This document shows positions 17,913-27,868 of a stretch of 64,000 bases of DNA, in pieces. The notes under the pieces are model-generated. The model was given only the letters and a program-made list of their open reading frames with translations. It was not told the origin of the DNA and ran no database searches. This stretch comes from Candidatus Babeliales bacterium (GTDB lineage Bacteria; Babelota; Babeliae; Babelales; Vermiphilaceae): the NCBI GenBank assembly GCA_963743635.1, contig CAVUQO010000003.1, positions 288,001 through 352,000 of the forward strand, given 5' to 3'. Numbering within the stretch: position 1 is the first letter of the stretch; each line of letters starts with the position of its first letter. Made by a program: the position numbers and the translations under genes.

Positions 17913-19286
17913 ATGACGAATATGGAAGCATTATTTACAAAGCTTCAAGCATTAACTGGTTGGCCGCTGATAATTTATGTAGTAACAGCAACTATCATTT
18001 GTACCTTTGCGCTTCAATTTTTACAGTTTCGTTATTTTGTAAATGCCTGGAAATATGTTTTTGCTCCAAGCAAAGCAGCGGCAGGCTCTGATAAAATAGT
18101 TCATATGACTACGTTGCAGGCGTTCATTAGTACATTAAGTGCCAACTTGGGTAACGGTAGTATTGCCGGCATGGCAACCGCGATTTATTCGGGCGGTCCA
18201 GGCGCAGCTTTCTGGGTTTTGGTTATTGGCATATTCTTAATGGTTATTCGCTTTGCTGAAGTTTTTTTAAGTATTTATTATGCCAATACGGCATCGACGC
18301 GTGCGGGGCTTGGTGGGCCAATGCTCTATCTGCGTAATGTTCCTGGTGGATACATTCTTGCTGCGTTGTATGGATTTATTACCCTTTGTTTTGGATTGAT
18401 TGGTGGTAATGGTGTCCAGACTAACTCTATCAGTGATAGTTTGACAACCACCTGGAATATCCCCAAGGAAATTAGTGCGGTTGCGCTCCTCATCTTTGTA
18501 TTTTACATAGTATCAGGCGGTGCTGCGCGGATTGCGCGTGTTTCTGAACGTTTGGTTCCGCTGAAAGTTGCTACGTTTTTTCTTTCCACGTTCGCTATTT
18601 TGATCTGGCACCGTGCAGAAATTATCCCTGCTTTAAAAATTATTTGGGAGAGTGCATTTCATCCCATGTCTATAATGGGTGGAGCAGCTGGTGTTACGGT
18701 TTTTACCGTTCAGCAAGCTATGCAGTTTGGTATTACACGTTCCATTTTTGCAACAGAAACGGGCCTTGGTACTGCGGGAATTTTATTTAGTGCAACCGGC
18801 AGCGAAGAGCCGGTCAAAGATGGCATTATGTCTATGTTAAGTACCTTTATCAGTACACTTGTCTGTTTTATCGTTGCATTGTGCATATTGGTCAGTAATG
18901 TCTTGCCTGCCGGTCTTACCGAAGGGTTGTATGGTATGCCACTCACTATCGCTGCTTTTGATACCGTATTTGGATATTTTGGCGGGTGGATAGTGACGTT
19001 CTTGGCGGTAAGTTTTGGCGCTGGCGTTTTGGTTTCTTATGCTTACGTTACGCGAGAAGTATGGCTTTTTCTTACGGGAGGTCGCTTTTCATTTCTCTTT
19101 AACGTCGTGTACTGCGCGGTTGCGTTTATTGCTGCATTAACTAAAAGTGAAACGGTATGGAACCTTGTTGGCATTATTATTGCCTTAATGTTGTTTATAA
19201 ATTTATATGGTATGGTTTGTTTGATTCCAGTCATAAGGAGAGCACTTGCAGCATTCAAGGATACCCGTGATCACACGAGCAGTTGA
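17913..19286 (+). CDS. Alanine/glycine:cation symporter (AGCS family)
   Basis: LSANLGNGSIAG.ATAI..GGPGA.FW, GGPMLY, G..RS.F..E.GLG; polytopic. Confidence 0.92.
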   Translation: MTNMEALFTKLQALTGWPLIIYVVTATIICTFALQFLQFRYFVNAWKYVFAPSKAAAGSDKIVHMTTLQAFISTLSANLGNGSIAGMATAIYSGGPGAAFWVLVIGIFLMVIRFAEVFLSIYYANTASTRAGLGGPMLYLRNVPGGYILAALYGFITLCFGLIGGNGVQTNSISDSLTTTWNIPKEISAVALLIFVFYIVSGGAARIARVSERLVPLKVATFFLSTFAILIWHRAEIIPALKIIWESAFHPMSIMGGAAGVTVFTVQQAMQFGITRSIFATETGLGTAGILFSATGSEEPVKDGIMSMLSTFISTLVCFIVALCILVSNVLPAGLTEGLYGMPLTIAAFDTVFGYFGGWIVTFLAVSFGAGVLVSYAYVTREVWLFLTGGRFSFLFNVVYCAVAFIAALTKSETVWNLVGIIIALMLFINLYGMVCLIPVIRRALAAFKDTRDHTSS

Positions 19287-20730
19287 CGACTATAATAATG
19301 AAGCATCGCACTTATTTCCAAAAAAATATCCAGTAACCTGTCACACTGACCACGTCGAGCCAGGATCAACCTTCGTTGCGATCAAAGGATTTCAACAAGA
19401 TGGTCTTGCCTACATTCCACGTGCGTTAGAACATGGCGCTACCACGATTGTGGTAGATCAAGATGCCATTATTACATCTGATCTTTTGCAGCGCATTGAG
19501 CGGGCTGGCGCATGTTTGGTGCGTGTCCCCAATACTCGCAAAGCATTGGCGCAAATGAGTGCGCGCGCAAATGGATATCCCGCAAAAAAATTACGCATCT
19601 TGGCAGTGACCGGCACTAAAGGAAAAACAACCTGTTCCTATCTGCTTGCACATAGTTTGCGCGCATTGGGAAATAGTGTTGCCTTGTTAAGTACTGTTAC
19701 CAATCAAATTAACGATGAAATATTGCCGACCGAATTGACCACGCAACAACCAGATTATCTCCATACTTTCTTTAAAGTGTGCGTAAATCGCGGTGTGCAG
19801 TTCGTTGTCATGGAAGTTGCTGCGCAAGCACAAACGCTCTATCGCACCTATGATATTGAGTTTGATGGTATTCTTTTCACCAACTTCTCTCAAGAACACG
19901 CTGAATTTTACGCAACGCAAGAAGAGTATTTTCAGGCAAAATGTGCCCTCTTTGCTCAAGCAAAATCGAATGCACCGTGTCTCGTGAATGCAGATGATCC
20001 GCGTTTTGAAGAAATCCGTGCTGCATTTTCATCTATTCAATCATATAGTTGCAATAATCAGGAAAGTACTTATCGTGCAGAGGTTTCAGAAGAAACAGTC
20101 TGTGAAGTGAGTGCGACCTGCATTAAACAAGATATGCAAATCCCAGTTTCATGTTCTGCACTTATTGGGCGATTTAACGTTTATAATGTGTTGGGCGTAA
20201 TGGGTTTACTTGTTTCTCTTGGTTATTCCGAAGCATTGGTTGCACAAGCAATTAGCAGCTTTCCGGGCGTACCCGGAAGATTGGAGCGTTACCGTTTACC
20301 TAATGGAGCTCAATGCTTTATCGATTATGCACATAATCCTTCATCATTTGAGGCAGTCCTTTCAACGCTTGCGGGACTAACTGACGACTTGATTGTGGTG
20401 TTTGGTGCTGGCGGTGATCGAGATCGGGTCAAGCGTCCCATCATGGGAGCAATTGCAGCACGTTATGCGCAGCGCATTATTTTGACCTCCGATAATCCTC
20501 GCTCTGAAGATCCACAGACCATTATTAGCGAGATTATGTATGGCGTTGATTCAACTGAAGGCAAAGTGATACAAGAACTTGATCGTGCGCATGCTATTAA
20601 GCGCGCGTATGAAGTATCACGGCCAGAGAGTATCATCGCAGTACTCGGTAAAGGTCCGGATGAATATCAGTTAGTAAAGGGTGTAAAGACGTTTTTCAGT
20701 GATGTGAAAACGGTTTTATCGTTAAACTAA
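19267..20730 (+). CDS. murE: UDP-MurNAc-tripeptide synthetase MurE
   Basis: AVTGTKGKTT, DYAHNP, FGAGGDRD..KRP.MG, DNPRSE (DAP-type). Start codon uncertain. Confidence 0.93.
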   Translation: MITRAVDDYNNEASHLFPKKYPVTCHTDHVEPGSTFVAIKGFQQDGLAYIPRALEHGATTIVVDQDAIITSDLLQRIERAGACLVRVPNTRKALAQMSARANGYPAKKLRILAVTGTKGKTTCSYLLAHSLRALGNSVALLSTVTNQINDEILPTELTTQQPDYLHTFFKVCVNRGVQFVVMEVAAQAQTLYRTYDIEFDGILFTNFSQEHAEFYATQEEYFQAKCALFAQAKSNAPCLVNADDPRFEEIRAAFSSIQSYSCNNQESTYRAEVSEETVCEVSATCIKQDMQIPVSCSALIGRFNVYNVLGVMGLLVSLGYSEALVAQAISSFPGVPGRLERYRLPNGAQCFIDYAHNPSSFEAVLSTLAGLTDDLIVVFGAGGDRDRVKRPIMGAIAARYAQRIILTSDNPRSEDPQTIISEIMYGVDSTEGKVIQELDRAHAIKRAYEVSRPESIIAVLGKGPDEYQLVKGVKTFFSDVKTVLSLN

Positions 20731-20803
20731 TATAGATTCCCTTTATTTCAATTCCGGCTAGACTTATCAAAAATTAAGGTGAATTTTTGATAAGGAGATC
20801 GTT

Positions 20804-21400
20804 ATGGCATTGTATGATGACATTAAAGGAAAAAATGTAGTCCTCGTGATTGCAAGTGAAGGGTTTCAGCCAATCGAGTATGGCGTTACGAAAGACGTGC
20901 TTGAAGAAGCAGGCGTCATCGTTACGACTGCGAGTGATAAGTCGGGTGGCGCGGTAGCAACCGATAATTCAGTCGTGCCAGTGGACATTGCGGTCGACGA
21001 CATTGATGTTGCCGATTACGATGGCATTTTTCTCATAGGTGGCAGTGGTGCAATGACGATGCTTGATAATGGGAGTGTCTATAAACTCTTTAAGGAAGCT
21101 GAAAGACGCTCCATGCCTTATGGTGCCATTTGCGCAGGAACTCGCATTCTTGCAAAAGCAGACGTTATGATCGACAAACAAGCAACCGGTTGGAATGGAG
21201 ATAATGCATTGCTTGCCATTTATAATGGACACGGCGTCACGCTTATCGATAAAGATGTAGTCATTCATGGATTGTTGGTAACCGCAGTCGGACCAACATC
21301 AGCCGAAGCCTTTGGCAAAGCAATTATTCGCGTCCTCATGAAAGTAGCTTTGGGCGGTCACGCTGATTCTGATGGTACCGTTTATTTTGAAGTTGAATGA
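20804..21400 (+). CDS. DJ-1/PfpI family protein
   Basis: EGFQPIEY, DYDGIFLIGGSGA, GAICAG. Confidence 0.9.
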   Translation: MALYDDIKGKNVVLVIASEGFQPIEYGVTKDVLEEAGVIVTTASDKSGGAVATDNSVVPVDIAVDDIDVADYDGIFLIGGSGAMTMLDNGSVYKLFKEAERRSMPYGAICAGTRILAKADVMIDKQATGWNGDNALLAIYNGHGVTLIDKDVVIHGLLVTAVGPTSAEAFGKAIIRVLMKVALGGHADSDGTVYFEVE

Positions 21401-21413
21401 TAAAGAGGATGGT

Positions 21414-22013
21414 ATGTGTAAGAAAGTATTCATATATTTGAGTCTGACGATACTCTGTAGTGGATTGCGCGCAATGGAAAGCATGGATGATGATTGGGAA
21501 AAGGTGGAAAAGGTAGATGTTTCTCAAACGGTTGTTACACATAATACGGTTGTTACGCATAATTTAGACGACTGGGATGCGAATGCAGATCCGGTGGCGT
21601 TGCCAGTGCCCAAGGAGCCGGCGGTAACACAGGCCTCATCATCTCAACACCAGCAGACTCAAGCCGCAAGATCTGAATCGCCTTTAACATTTCCGACCGA
21701 AGCTCAAAAAAAGCAAATGCTCGCCAATATTGCAGCAAGAGAGGCAACTCAGCAAAGAAAATCGATCAAAGATCATATGTCAAAAAATGACGTTCCGCCG
21801 ACTCTTGAGATACCAATGCAACGGTTAGATGATGCTACAAAGGACAAACCAGCTCATGCAAAAGTATTTTCCTCTTTAGATAAAGAGATGGAAGGCATGA
21901 ATGTCGTTGATTTTTTCTGGGCATTTACAAGTCCTCTGACTGAATTTGCACAAACGGTTGCACAAGTACTCGTTCCCAAAGAGGCTAACGATGACGTACA
22001 TTCTCGGCAATAA
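21414..22013 (+). CDS. Secreted hypothetical protein
   Basis: Signal peptide ending LRA-ME; internal 18-bp tandem duplication (TVVTHN x2). Confidence 0.7.
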   Translation: MCKKVFIYLSLTILCSGLRAMESMDDDWEKVEKVDVSQTVVTHNTVVTHNLDDWDANADPVALPVPKEPAVTQASSSQHQQTQAARSESPLTFPTEAQKKQMLANIAAREATQQRKSIKDHMSKNDVPPTLEIPMQRLDDATKDKPAHAKVFSSLDKEMEGMNVVDFFWAFTSPLTEFAQTVAQVLVPKEANDDVHSRQ

Positions 22014-22080
22014 TAAGAACAATACCTTCAGATCGTATGAAAACGAATAATATGGAATGATCGCTATGAAAGAGTTGTGT

Positions 22081-22434
22081 ATGAAGAAGAGTTTTATTCT
22101 TGGAATGATTTTTCTGATAATGCATCAGATCAGTAACCCAATGGGATTACCTACGGAAGAAGATATTGTTGTCGATTCCACTTGGAAGGGATTATCCAAA
22201 TTATTAAAGGATGAAGAGGATCATTTTGAGGATGCAAGTTCAGAATGGGCAGAAAAAGGTTCAGACTCAGAGCAAGATCAACGTTATGATGATGAATTAC
22301 GAGCCTCGGTGATCAACAACAAAGACTGCGATAAAATATGTAAAGCACTCACCATAACAGCCTCCGTTGCGATTGGTGCAATATGCATATTGTTGAGTTA
22401 TCGTAATTCTACTGTGGTCAGCGAATCGTTATAA
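22081..22434 (+). CDS. Secreted hypothetical protein with C-terminal TM helix
   Basis: MKKSFILG signal peptide; acidic middle region. Confidence 0.65.
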   Translation: MKKSFILGMIFLIMHQISNPMGLPTEEDIVVDSTWKGLSKLLKDEEDHFEDASSEWAEKGSDSEQDQRYDDELRASVINNKDCDKICKALTITASVAIGAICILLSYRNSTVVSESL

Positions 22435-22477
22435 TGAACAGAAATTAACACCGCAATATCGTAGGGAAGGGATATTT

Positions 22478-22738
22478 ATGAAAAAGATGGTTGTTATCGC
22501 GATTGTTCTTTTAGGCATGAATGGCGTTGCATGGTCAATGGAGGCAGCTGAAAGAACGCAGCTTACGCAGCGCAAAAAACAAGTGCAACAGGATAAGAAC
22601 GTTAAGGATGTTGTATTATATTTCGAAGATCCGGATACTTTAGCAGATGCGTATGTAAACGTTTTGATATTATGGTGCTGGCACTGTGATGATGATGCCG
22701 CCTCCGAAATGTTCATGAGATTGAGAAGCAAAAAATAA
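22478..22738 (+). CDS. Small secreted hypothetical protein
   Basis: Signal peptide ending AWS-ME. Confidence 0.65.
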   Translation: MKKMVVIAIVLLGMNGVAWSMEAAERTQLTQRKKQVQQDKNVKDVVLYFEDPDTLADAYVNVLILWCWHCDDDAASEMFMRLRSKK

Positions 22739-22793
22739 GGCCATGAGTCGGTCAAGTAGGAACGACTCTGAACGAGTTAAAAAAGGGAGAGGT

Positions 22794-23057
22794 ATGAAGA
22801 ATAATATATTGTTTTTTTGTATAATGAGCATGACGATAAGCAATGGGCTTTGCGCTCAGGATGAAGAGAATCAGCAGCCGGATAGATTGGGTCAGCAGTC
22901 GAGTCATTTTGTTATCTCTGCTTCTAATAATTCTGGAACAACAGAGCCGCTCTTATTGCCTGCTCATAAACGTATTATGAGCTCGGCTGAAAAAGTTGGG
23001 CTTGCTGCTTTTGTCTTAACATCTATGTCGCTCGCGGCGTATGTCGGCCTTCAGTAG
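22794..23057 (+). CDS. Small secreted hypothetical protein with C-terminal TM helix
   Basis: MKNNILFF..NGLCA signal; RBS gagagg. Confidence 0.6.
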   Translation: MKNNILFFCIMSMTISNGLCAQDEENQQPDRLGQQSSHFVISASNNSGTTEPLLLPAHKRIMSSAEKVGLAAFVLTSMSLAAYVGLQ

Positions 23058-23085
23058 CAATCATCTCTGGGTGAAAAGGAACTCT

Positions 23086-23424
23086 ATGAAAAGTACACTC
23101 ATCATTGCCGCTTTTCTGAGCATCTTCGTGCATGAAGGATTATGTAATGGGACGTGGCCTGAACGAATGTTAATTATCCCACATACTCCCCAGCAAGAAG
23201 TGGTGATTGCGCACGATCCTTTGGATGTAGATCCCCTGCATGAAGAGCAGACGATGCAAGATATCGATGCATTTGTGGGAGAGCATAGAAGAAATACATT
23301 CTATGATTCCATGGCCGCTTTGATTTCAAAGCCGGTCATCGTGACTATGGCATCATGTGTTGTCGTAGCTAATTTGGTTACAGCACGTTTTCTTCTAGAA
23401 ACTCTAACAGATCGGTACAATTGA
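23086..23424 (+). CDS. Small secreted hypothetical protein
   Basis: MKSTLII..EGLC signal; C-terminal hydrophobic segment. Confidence 0.6.
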   Translation: MKSTLIIAAFLSIFVHEGLCNGTWPERMLIIPHTPQQEVVIAHDPLDVDPLHEEQTMQDIDAFVGEHRRNTFYDSMAALISKPVIVTMASCVVVANLVTARFLLETLTDRYN

Positions 23425-23478
23425 TTGCTAATTATGACATTATGGCTAACAAAACAATCCTATAAGGAAAAAAAACCA

Positions 23479-23937
23479 ATGAAAAAAGCATTAATAATAG
23501 TCGCTTTATTGAGTGCATCATACTCTTCTGTCCAATGCATGGACGAAGGTCAAACACCTCTTTTGTCATTAGAACAACATTCGCAGAGTAATTCACCACC
23601 ATATCAGCCTGCAGCATCTGCTCCACGTGATGACCAGCATGATCAAATGGAAAGACGGCTACCGCAAGCCAATGATGTCTATATGACGTATCAAGAATGG
23701 TGGGATCAGCATAAGGTGCCGGCCGACATCCGCAGTAAGAGCATGCGTGAGCAAGAAGCATGGATGATGGAAAAGAAACTTGCAGATGCTCGGAGGCAAG
23801 AAGAAGGGCAAAGGCGAGAAAAAGCGCAGTTGGTTAAACAGCTAGAAAAAAACATAAATGATGAAAAAGGGTCATGCTTTGTATACGGGGCATGCGCGGC
23901 TTGTATAGTGTGTAAGCTGCTGACAGGAACACCATAA
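23479..23937 (+). CDS. Secreted hypothetical protein with Cys-rich C-terminal hydrophobic tail
   Basis: Signal ending VQC-MD; tail GSCFVYGACAACIVCKLL. Confidence 0.7.
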   Translation: MKKALIIVALLSASYSSVQCMDEGQTPLLSLEQHSQSNSPPYQPAASAPRDDQHDQMERRLPQANDVYMTYQEWWDQHKVPADIRSKSMREQEAWMMEKKLADARRQEEGQRREKAQLVKQLEKNINDEKGSCFVYGACAACIVCKLLTGTP

Positions 23938-23955
23938 AAATTAGAAAGGACATCA

Positions 23956-24399
23956 ATGAAACGAACATTATTATTTGCCACCTTATTGATTGCATCATGC
24001 ACTACCGTACAGTGCATGGATCAAAGAAGGCTTTTGGAAAATAATTCAAGTGCCATGGAGAGGGGCGTTCGAGAATATGGAGAGGATAAATGTCCGCCGT
24101 ATATGTTGCAAATTAAGTATGGGGATGAAATAACCTGTAGATCTCGGTGCTGCTGTTTATGGGACATTGAATGTGATCAAGCAGGCGAAGAAGGCTGTGC
24201 GCATTGCTGCAGCAGTGCTTGTTGTTGTCTGTGTGTTGCGGGGGCAATAGCGGGTGTCATAACCGGCTGCGTTTATTTTGTACAATGGACGAAGTCATGT
24301 GATTCAGGTTGGTATAACCCTGATTGCTACAATTCTACGACCCCTTCTAATGTGACCTATGCCAATTTGACTCAATTGGTTAAGTCTAAAATGGAATAA
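23956..24399 (+). CDS. Secreted Cys-rich membrane protein
   Basis: Signal ending VQC-MD; CRSRCCCLW and CAHCCSSACCCLC before a TM helix. Confidence 0.7.
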   Translation: MKRTLLFATLLIASCTTVQCMDQRRLLENNSSAMERGVREYGEDKCPPYMLQIKYGDEITCRSRCCCLWDIECDQAGEEGCAHCCSSACCCLCVAGAIAGVITGCVYFVQWTKSCDSGWYNPDCYNSTTPSNVTYANLTQLVKSKME

Positions 24400-24548
24400 A
24401 TTTATCAAAACCTGAGGGATATGGACCGCTCTAACCTAGAATAATAGCTAACCTACTAGGAAATCTTTACAAAATATGGGTATCCCGGTACAATAAATAT
24501 CTCGTTAATTAGTATAAATACACGTTTTTTAACAATGGAGTTACCTCT

Positions 24549-26582
24549 ATGACTGACATGATTGCCGTATTTGGTGCATCATTATTTGGGTTTGGTGTCG
24601 TTTTATATATGCTTCGCAGCATATCAAGTATCCCGGTAAAGCATGAGAAAGCCGCGCGTATAGCCGCAGCAATTCGTGCCGGAGCCATGACCTTTCTATG
24701 GGAAGAATATAAGATTATTACAGCCGTAGTTTTGGCTATTATGGGCCTCGTATGGTATGCAGTAGGTACGCTTTATGGCGCTAACGCTGGCATGATCGCT
24801 GGCCTATGCTTCCTGTTGGGTGCTGCCTCATCAATGTTGACTGGCTTTATTGGTATGTGTGCTGCGACTGCTGCGAACGTTCGCACCGCACTTGCTGCCA
24901 AAGATGAAGGTGAACATGCTGCCTTTCAAATGGCATTCTTCGGTGGTGGCGTCATGGGCTTTGCAGTAGCAAGCTTCGGACTTTTCTGTCTCGGTTCTCT
25001 ATTCTATCTTTATGCAGCTCATGATCAATTTATCTTATTCCTGACTTGTTTCGGGTTTGGTTCAAGCTTGGTAGCATTCTTTGCCCGCATCGGCGGTGGT
25101 ATCTTTACCAAAGCAGCTGACGTTGGCGCAGATCTTGTCGGTAAACTAGAAGCAGGTATTCCTGAAGATGATCCTCGTAACCCTGCGGTTATTGCTGATA
25201 ACGTGGGTGACTGCGTGGGCGATACAGCGGGTATGGGCGCAGACATTTATGAATCATATATTGGTGCGATGGTATCTTCCGTTATCTTGGCAGTAACCGC
25301 CGTTTCGGCTATGAACATTGCAGCAGAACAAGAATCGCTCTATATCGGTCTGCCATTGATGCTAGCGGTATTTGGTCTTGTTGGTTCAATCGCTGGTTTA
25401 CTTGCAAACTTTGTACTTCGTTTAGAACCAGCAGCGATGTTGCGTAACGCAAGTTATATTGCAATCGCCGTCTTCTTAGGAATTTCATACTACTATCTCA
25501 CTGCGAATAGCATGAATATGGCACTCTTTACCTCGATCGTACTTGGGTGTGTTTCAGGCGTTGTGATTGGGTTAATTACTGAATATTATACAGGCAATGG
25601 CCCGGTGGAACGTCTTGCAGATATTTCCCGTTCTGGTGCTGCAACAAATATTATTTATGGTCTTTCAATTGGTATGGAATCAACCGCATTGCCAGTCATT
25701 ATTTTGGCGGGCGTGGTACTTGCCTCCTATACATTTGGTGGCTATGAATTTGGTGTATCAATTGCGGCAGTTTCAATGCTTGCAACCGTTGGTATCTCAA
25801 TGACCGTTGATGCATATGGCCCTATCGCGGATAACGCGGGCGGTATCGCAGAAATGGCTGGATTTGATCCATCAGTGAGAAAAATCACTGATAAATTGGA
25901 TGCGCTTGGTAATACAACTGCAGCAATTGGTAAAGGTTTTGCAATTGGTTCAGCATTACTTGCTTCATTGGCGCTCTTTACTGCCTATGCGCAAGCGGCG
26001 GGTATCGATTCACTCAATATCCTTGATCCGGTAGTGATCGCGGGTGTATTCCTTGGTGGCGTTATGCCGTTCTTGGTTTCTGCGTTGACTATGCGTTCAG
26101 TAGGTAGCGCAGCATTGCAAATGGTTATGGAAGTTCGCCGTCAATTTAAAGAAATCCCTGGTCTTATGGCTGGAACTGCAGAACCTGATTACAATCGTTG
26201 TGTTGCGATCAGCACCAAAGCATCATTGCGTGAAATGATGTTGCCTGGTCTTCTGACAGTCGCTGTTCCAGTTGCGATCAAGTTCGGTTTTGGTTATGGA
26301 TTTGGTCCAATAGCGGGCACGCTTGCATTGGGCGGTTTACTCGTAGGTGCAACCGTTACTGGTGTTCTACTTGCACTTATGATGGCCAATGGTGGTGGTG
26401 CTTGGGATAACGCTAAGAAATATATCGAAGCAGGTAATTGCGGCGGTAGAGGGTCTGAAGCACATCGTGCGGCGATCACTGGCGATACAGTGGGTGATCC
26501 ATTCAAGGATACATCTGGACCATCACTTAATATTTTGATTAAGTTGATGTCTGTCATTGCATTATTGCTCGCGCTTATCTAA
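24549..26582 (+). CDS. hppA: Membrane-bound pyrophosphatase, K+-dependent, probably Na+-translocating
   Basis: GGGIFTKAADVGADLVGK.E, EDDPRNPA.IADNVGD, GNTTAA (Ala, K+-dependent signature), ADIYESY. Confidence 0.96.
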   Translation: MTDMIAVFGASLFGFGVVLYMLRSISSIPVKHEKAARIAAAIRAGAMTFLWEEYKIITAVVLAIMGLVWYAVGTLYGANAGMIAGLCFLLGAASSMLTGFIGMCAATAANVRTALAAKDEGEHAAFQMAFFGGGVMGFAVASFGLFCLGSLFYLYAAHDQFILFLTCFGFGSSLVAFFARIGGGIFTKAADVGADLVGKLEAGIPEDDPRNPAVIADNVGDCVGDTAGMGADIYESYIGAMVSSVILAVTAVSAMNIAAEQESLYIGLPLMLAVFGLVGSIAGLLANFVLRLEPAAMLRNASYIAIAVFLGISYYYLTANSMNMALFTSIVLGCVSGVVIGLITEYYTGNGPVERLADISRSGAATNIIYGLSIGMESTALPVIILAGVVLASYTFGGYEFGVSIAAVSMLATVGISMTVDAYGPIADNAGGIAEMAGFDPSVRKITDKLDALGNTTAAIGKGFAIGSALLASLALFTAYAQAAGIDSLNILDPVVIAGVFLGGVMPFLVSALTMRSVGSAALQMVMEVRRQFKEIPGLMAGTAEPDYNRCVAISTKASLREMMLPGLLTVAVPVAIKFGFGYGFGPIAGTLALGGLLVGATVTGVLLALMMANGGGAWDNAKKYIEAGNCGGRGSEAHRAAITGDTVGDPFKDTSGPSLNILIKLMSVIALLLALI

Positions 26583-26601
26583 GACGACATTTACAGAATA
26601 T

Positions 26602-26635
26602 AAAAAAAAGCTGGGATTTTTCCCGGCTTTTTTTT
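26602..26635 (+). terminator. Rho-independent terminator after hppA
   Basis: A-tract, gctggga/tcccggc stem, T-tract. Confidence 0.75.
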
Positions 26636-26696
26636 ATGCTCTGTGCCAGCGGTGAGGCAATGAATGGTTCAATATATTTGATAAAGGGGAAATGCA

Positions 26697-27251
26697 ATGC
26701 TTATGCGTAGATTTGCCGTATGTGCGTTGAGTTGTGCATGGATGTATGGAATCATTGTTGCGGGCCCTCGGGAAGAACTCGTAGATGCTGATAATATCCA
26801 AATTCAAATAATCGATAGCGATGATAATATTCAACTGGCTGATAAAGAAACGCAAAAGCAGTTGGTAGCCAAAAAGTGTCAGATGTATATCAAGCTGACT
26901 GAATCAGAAGATGAGGCAGTAAAAATTCAGGCGTTAATGCGAATGGCCGTCATACATCAATATGGTTTTTATGGTGTAGCAGCGAATAGCAATGCCGCCT
27001 TCCCGTATTGGCAAGCATTGGCAAATCAAATAGCTGATCTTTCAATGCGGGCGCAGGCATATGAAATGATGGGAATGCATTATAGACAAGAGCGTCGTAG
27101 CAGTGGCTGTACTGTCAGAGTTACTTCAGACATGGATAAGGCAAAGGCTTATTTTCGGATTGCTCGGGATCAATGCCCCGAGACGGACTTGGATATTAAG
27201 CAACGTGCATCAGAGGCATACCAAGAGTTGATTAGGATGGCTAATAAGTAG
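26697..27251 (+). CDS. Secreted Sel1/TPR-like protein
   Basis: Paralog of the next gene (VAGPRE.L..AD, QAYE..G..YR, ARD.CPE.DLDIK.RA). Confidence 0.75.
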   Translation: MLMRRFAVCALSCAWMYGIIVAGPREELVDADNIQIQIIDSDDNIQLADKETQKQLVAKKCQMYIKLTESEDEAVKIQALMRMAVIHQYGFYGVAANSNAAFPYWQALANQIADLSMRAQAYEMMGMHYRQERRSSGCTVRVTSDMDKAKAYFRIARDQCPETDLDIKQRASEAYQELIRMANK

Positions 27252-27273
27252 CGGTCTGGTTTCAAAAGAAATG

Positions 27274-27307
27274 AAAAAAAGCTGGGAATGTGCCCAGCTT
27301 TTTTTTT
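27274..27307 (+). terminator. Rho-independent terminator, similar to 26602-26635
   Basis: aaaaaagctggg/cccagctttttt. Confidence 0.75.
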
Positions 27308-27350
27308 ACACTTACATCTAGGGTGATATAAGACTTAAATCAGGGGGGCC

Positions 27351-27845
27351 ATGATGTCTTATCGAATGTCTTATGTATTGGTTGGTATTGTTCTTTTGTT
27401 CAGAGGTGTCTTAGTTGCGGGGCCTCGCGAGCAGTTGTTGGAGGCTGATGAGCTTGATGATATTGGGCAAAAATTGGCTATGTATGGTCAGCTTTGTGAA
27501 TGCAATCATACGGCAGTGCGCATTGATGCAGTATTGCGCTTGGCTTGGATATATCAATGTGGGTATCTGGATGTTATGCCGCGGGATGCTGGAATAGCAG
27601 TTTCTTATTGGACTCTTTTGGCGCAGCAAAATGTGAATCGTTCAATCAAGGTGCAAGCGTATGAAATACTGGGAGATTGTTATCGAGATGGGTGGATGGG
27701 CAATGCGCCCAATCTACAAGAAGCAAAAAAGTATCTTAGGCTCGCAAGGGATGAGTGTCCTGAGGCGGACTTGGATATTAAGCGTCGTGCAATAGAAAAA
27801 CTTGAGGAGTTAGAAAATATGGGAGCATTAAAAGAGGGAAAATAA
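27351..27845 (+). CDS. Secreted Sel1/TPR-like protein
   Basis: LAWIYQCG, LGDCYRDG..NLQEAKKYLRLA. Confidence 0.78.
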   Translation: MMSYRMSYVLVGIVLLFRGVLVAGPREQLLEADELDDIGQKLAMYGQLCECNHTAVRIDAVLRLAWIYQCGYLDVMPRDAGIAVSYWTLLAQQNVNRSIKVQAYEILGDCYRDGWMGNAPNLQEAKKYLRLARDECPEADLDIKRRAIEKLEELENMGALKEGK

Positions 27846-27868
27846 AATTCCCTCTTTTTCGAGTGCTC

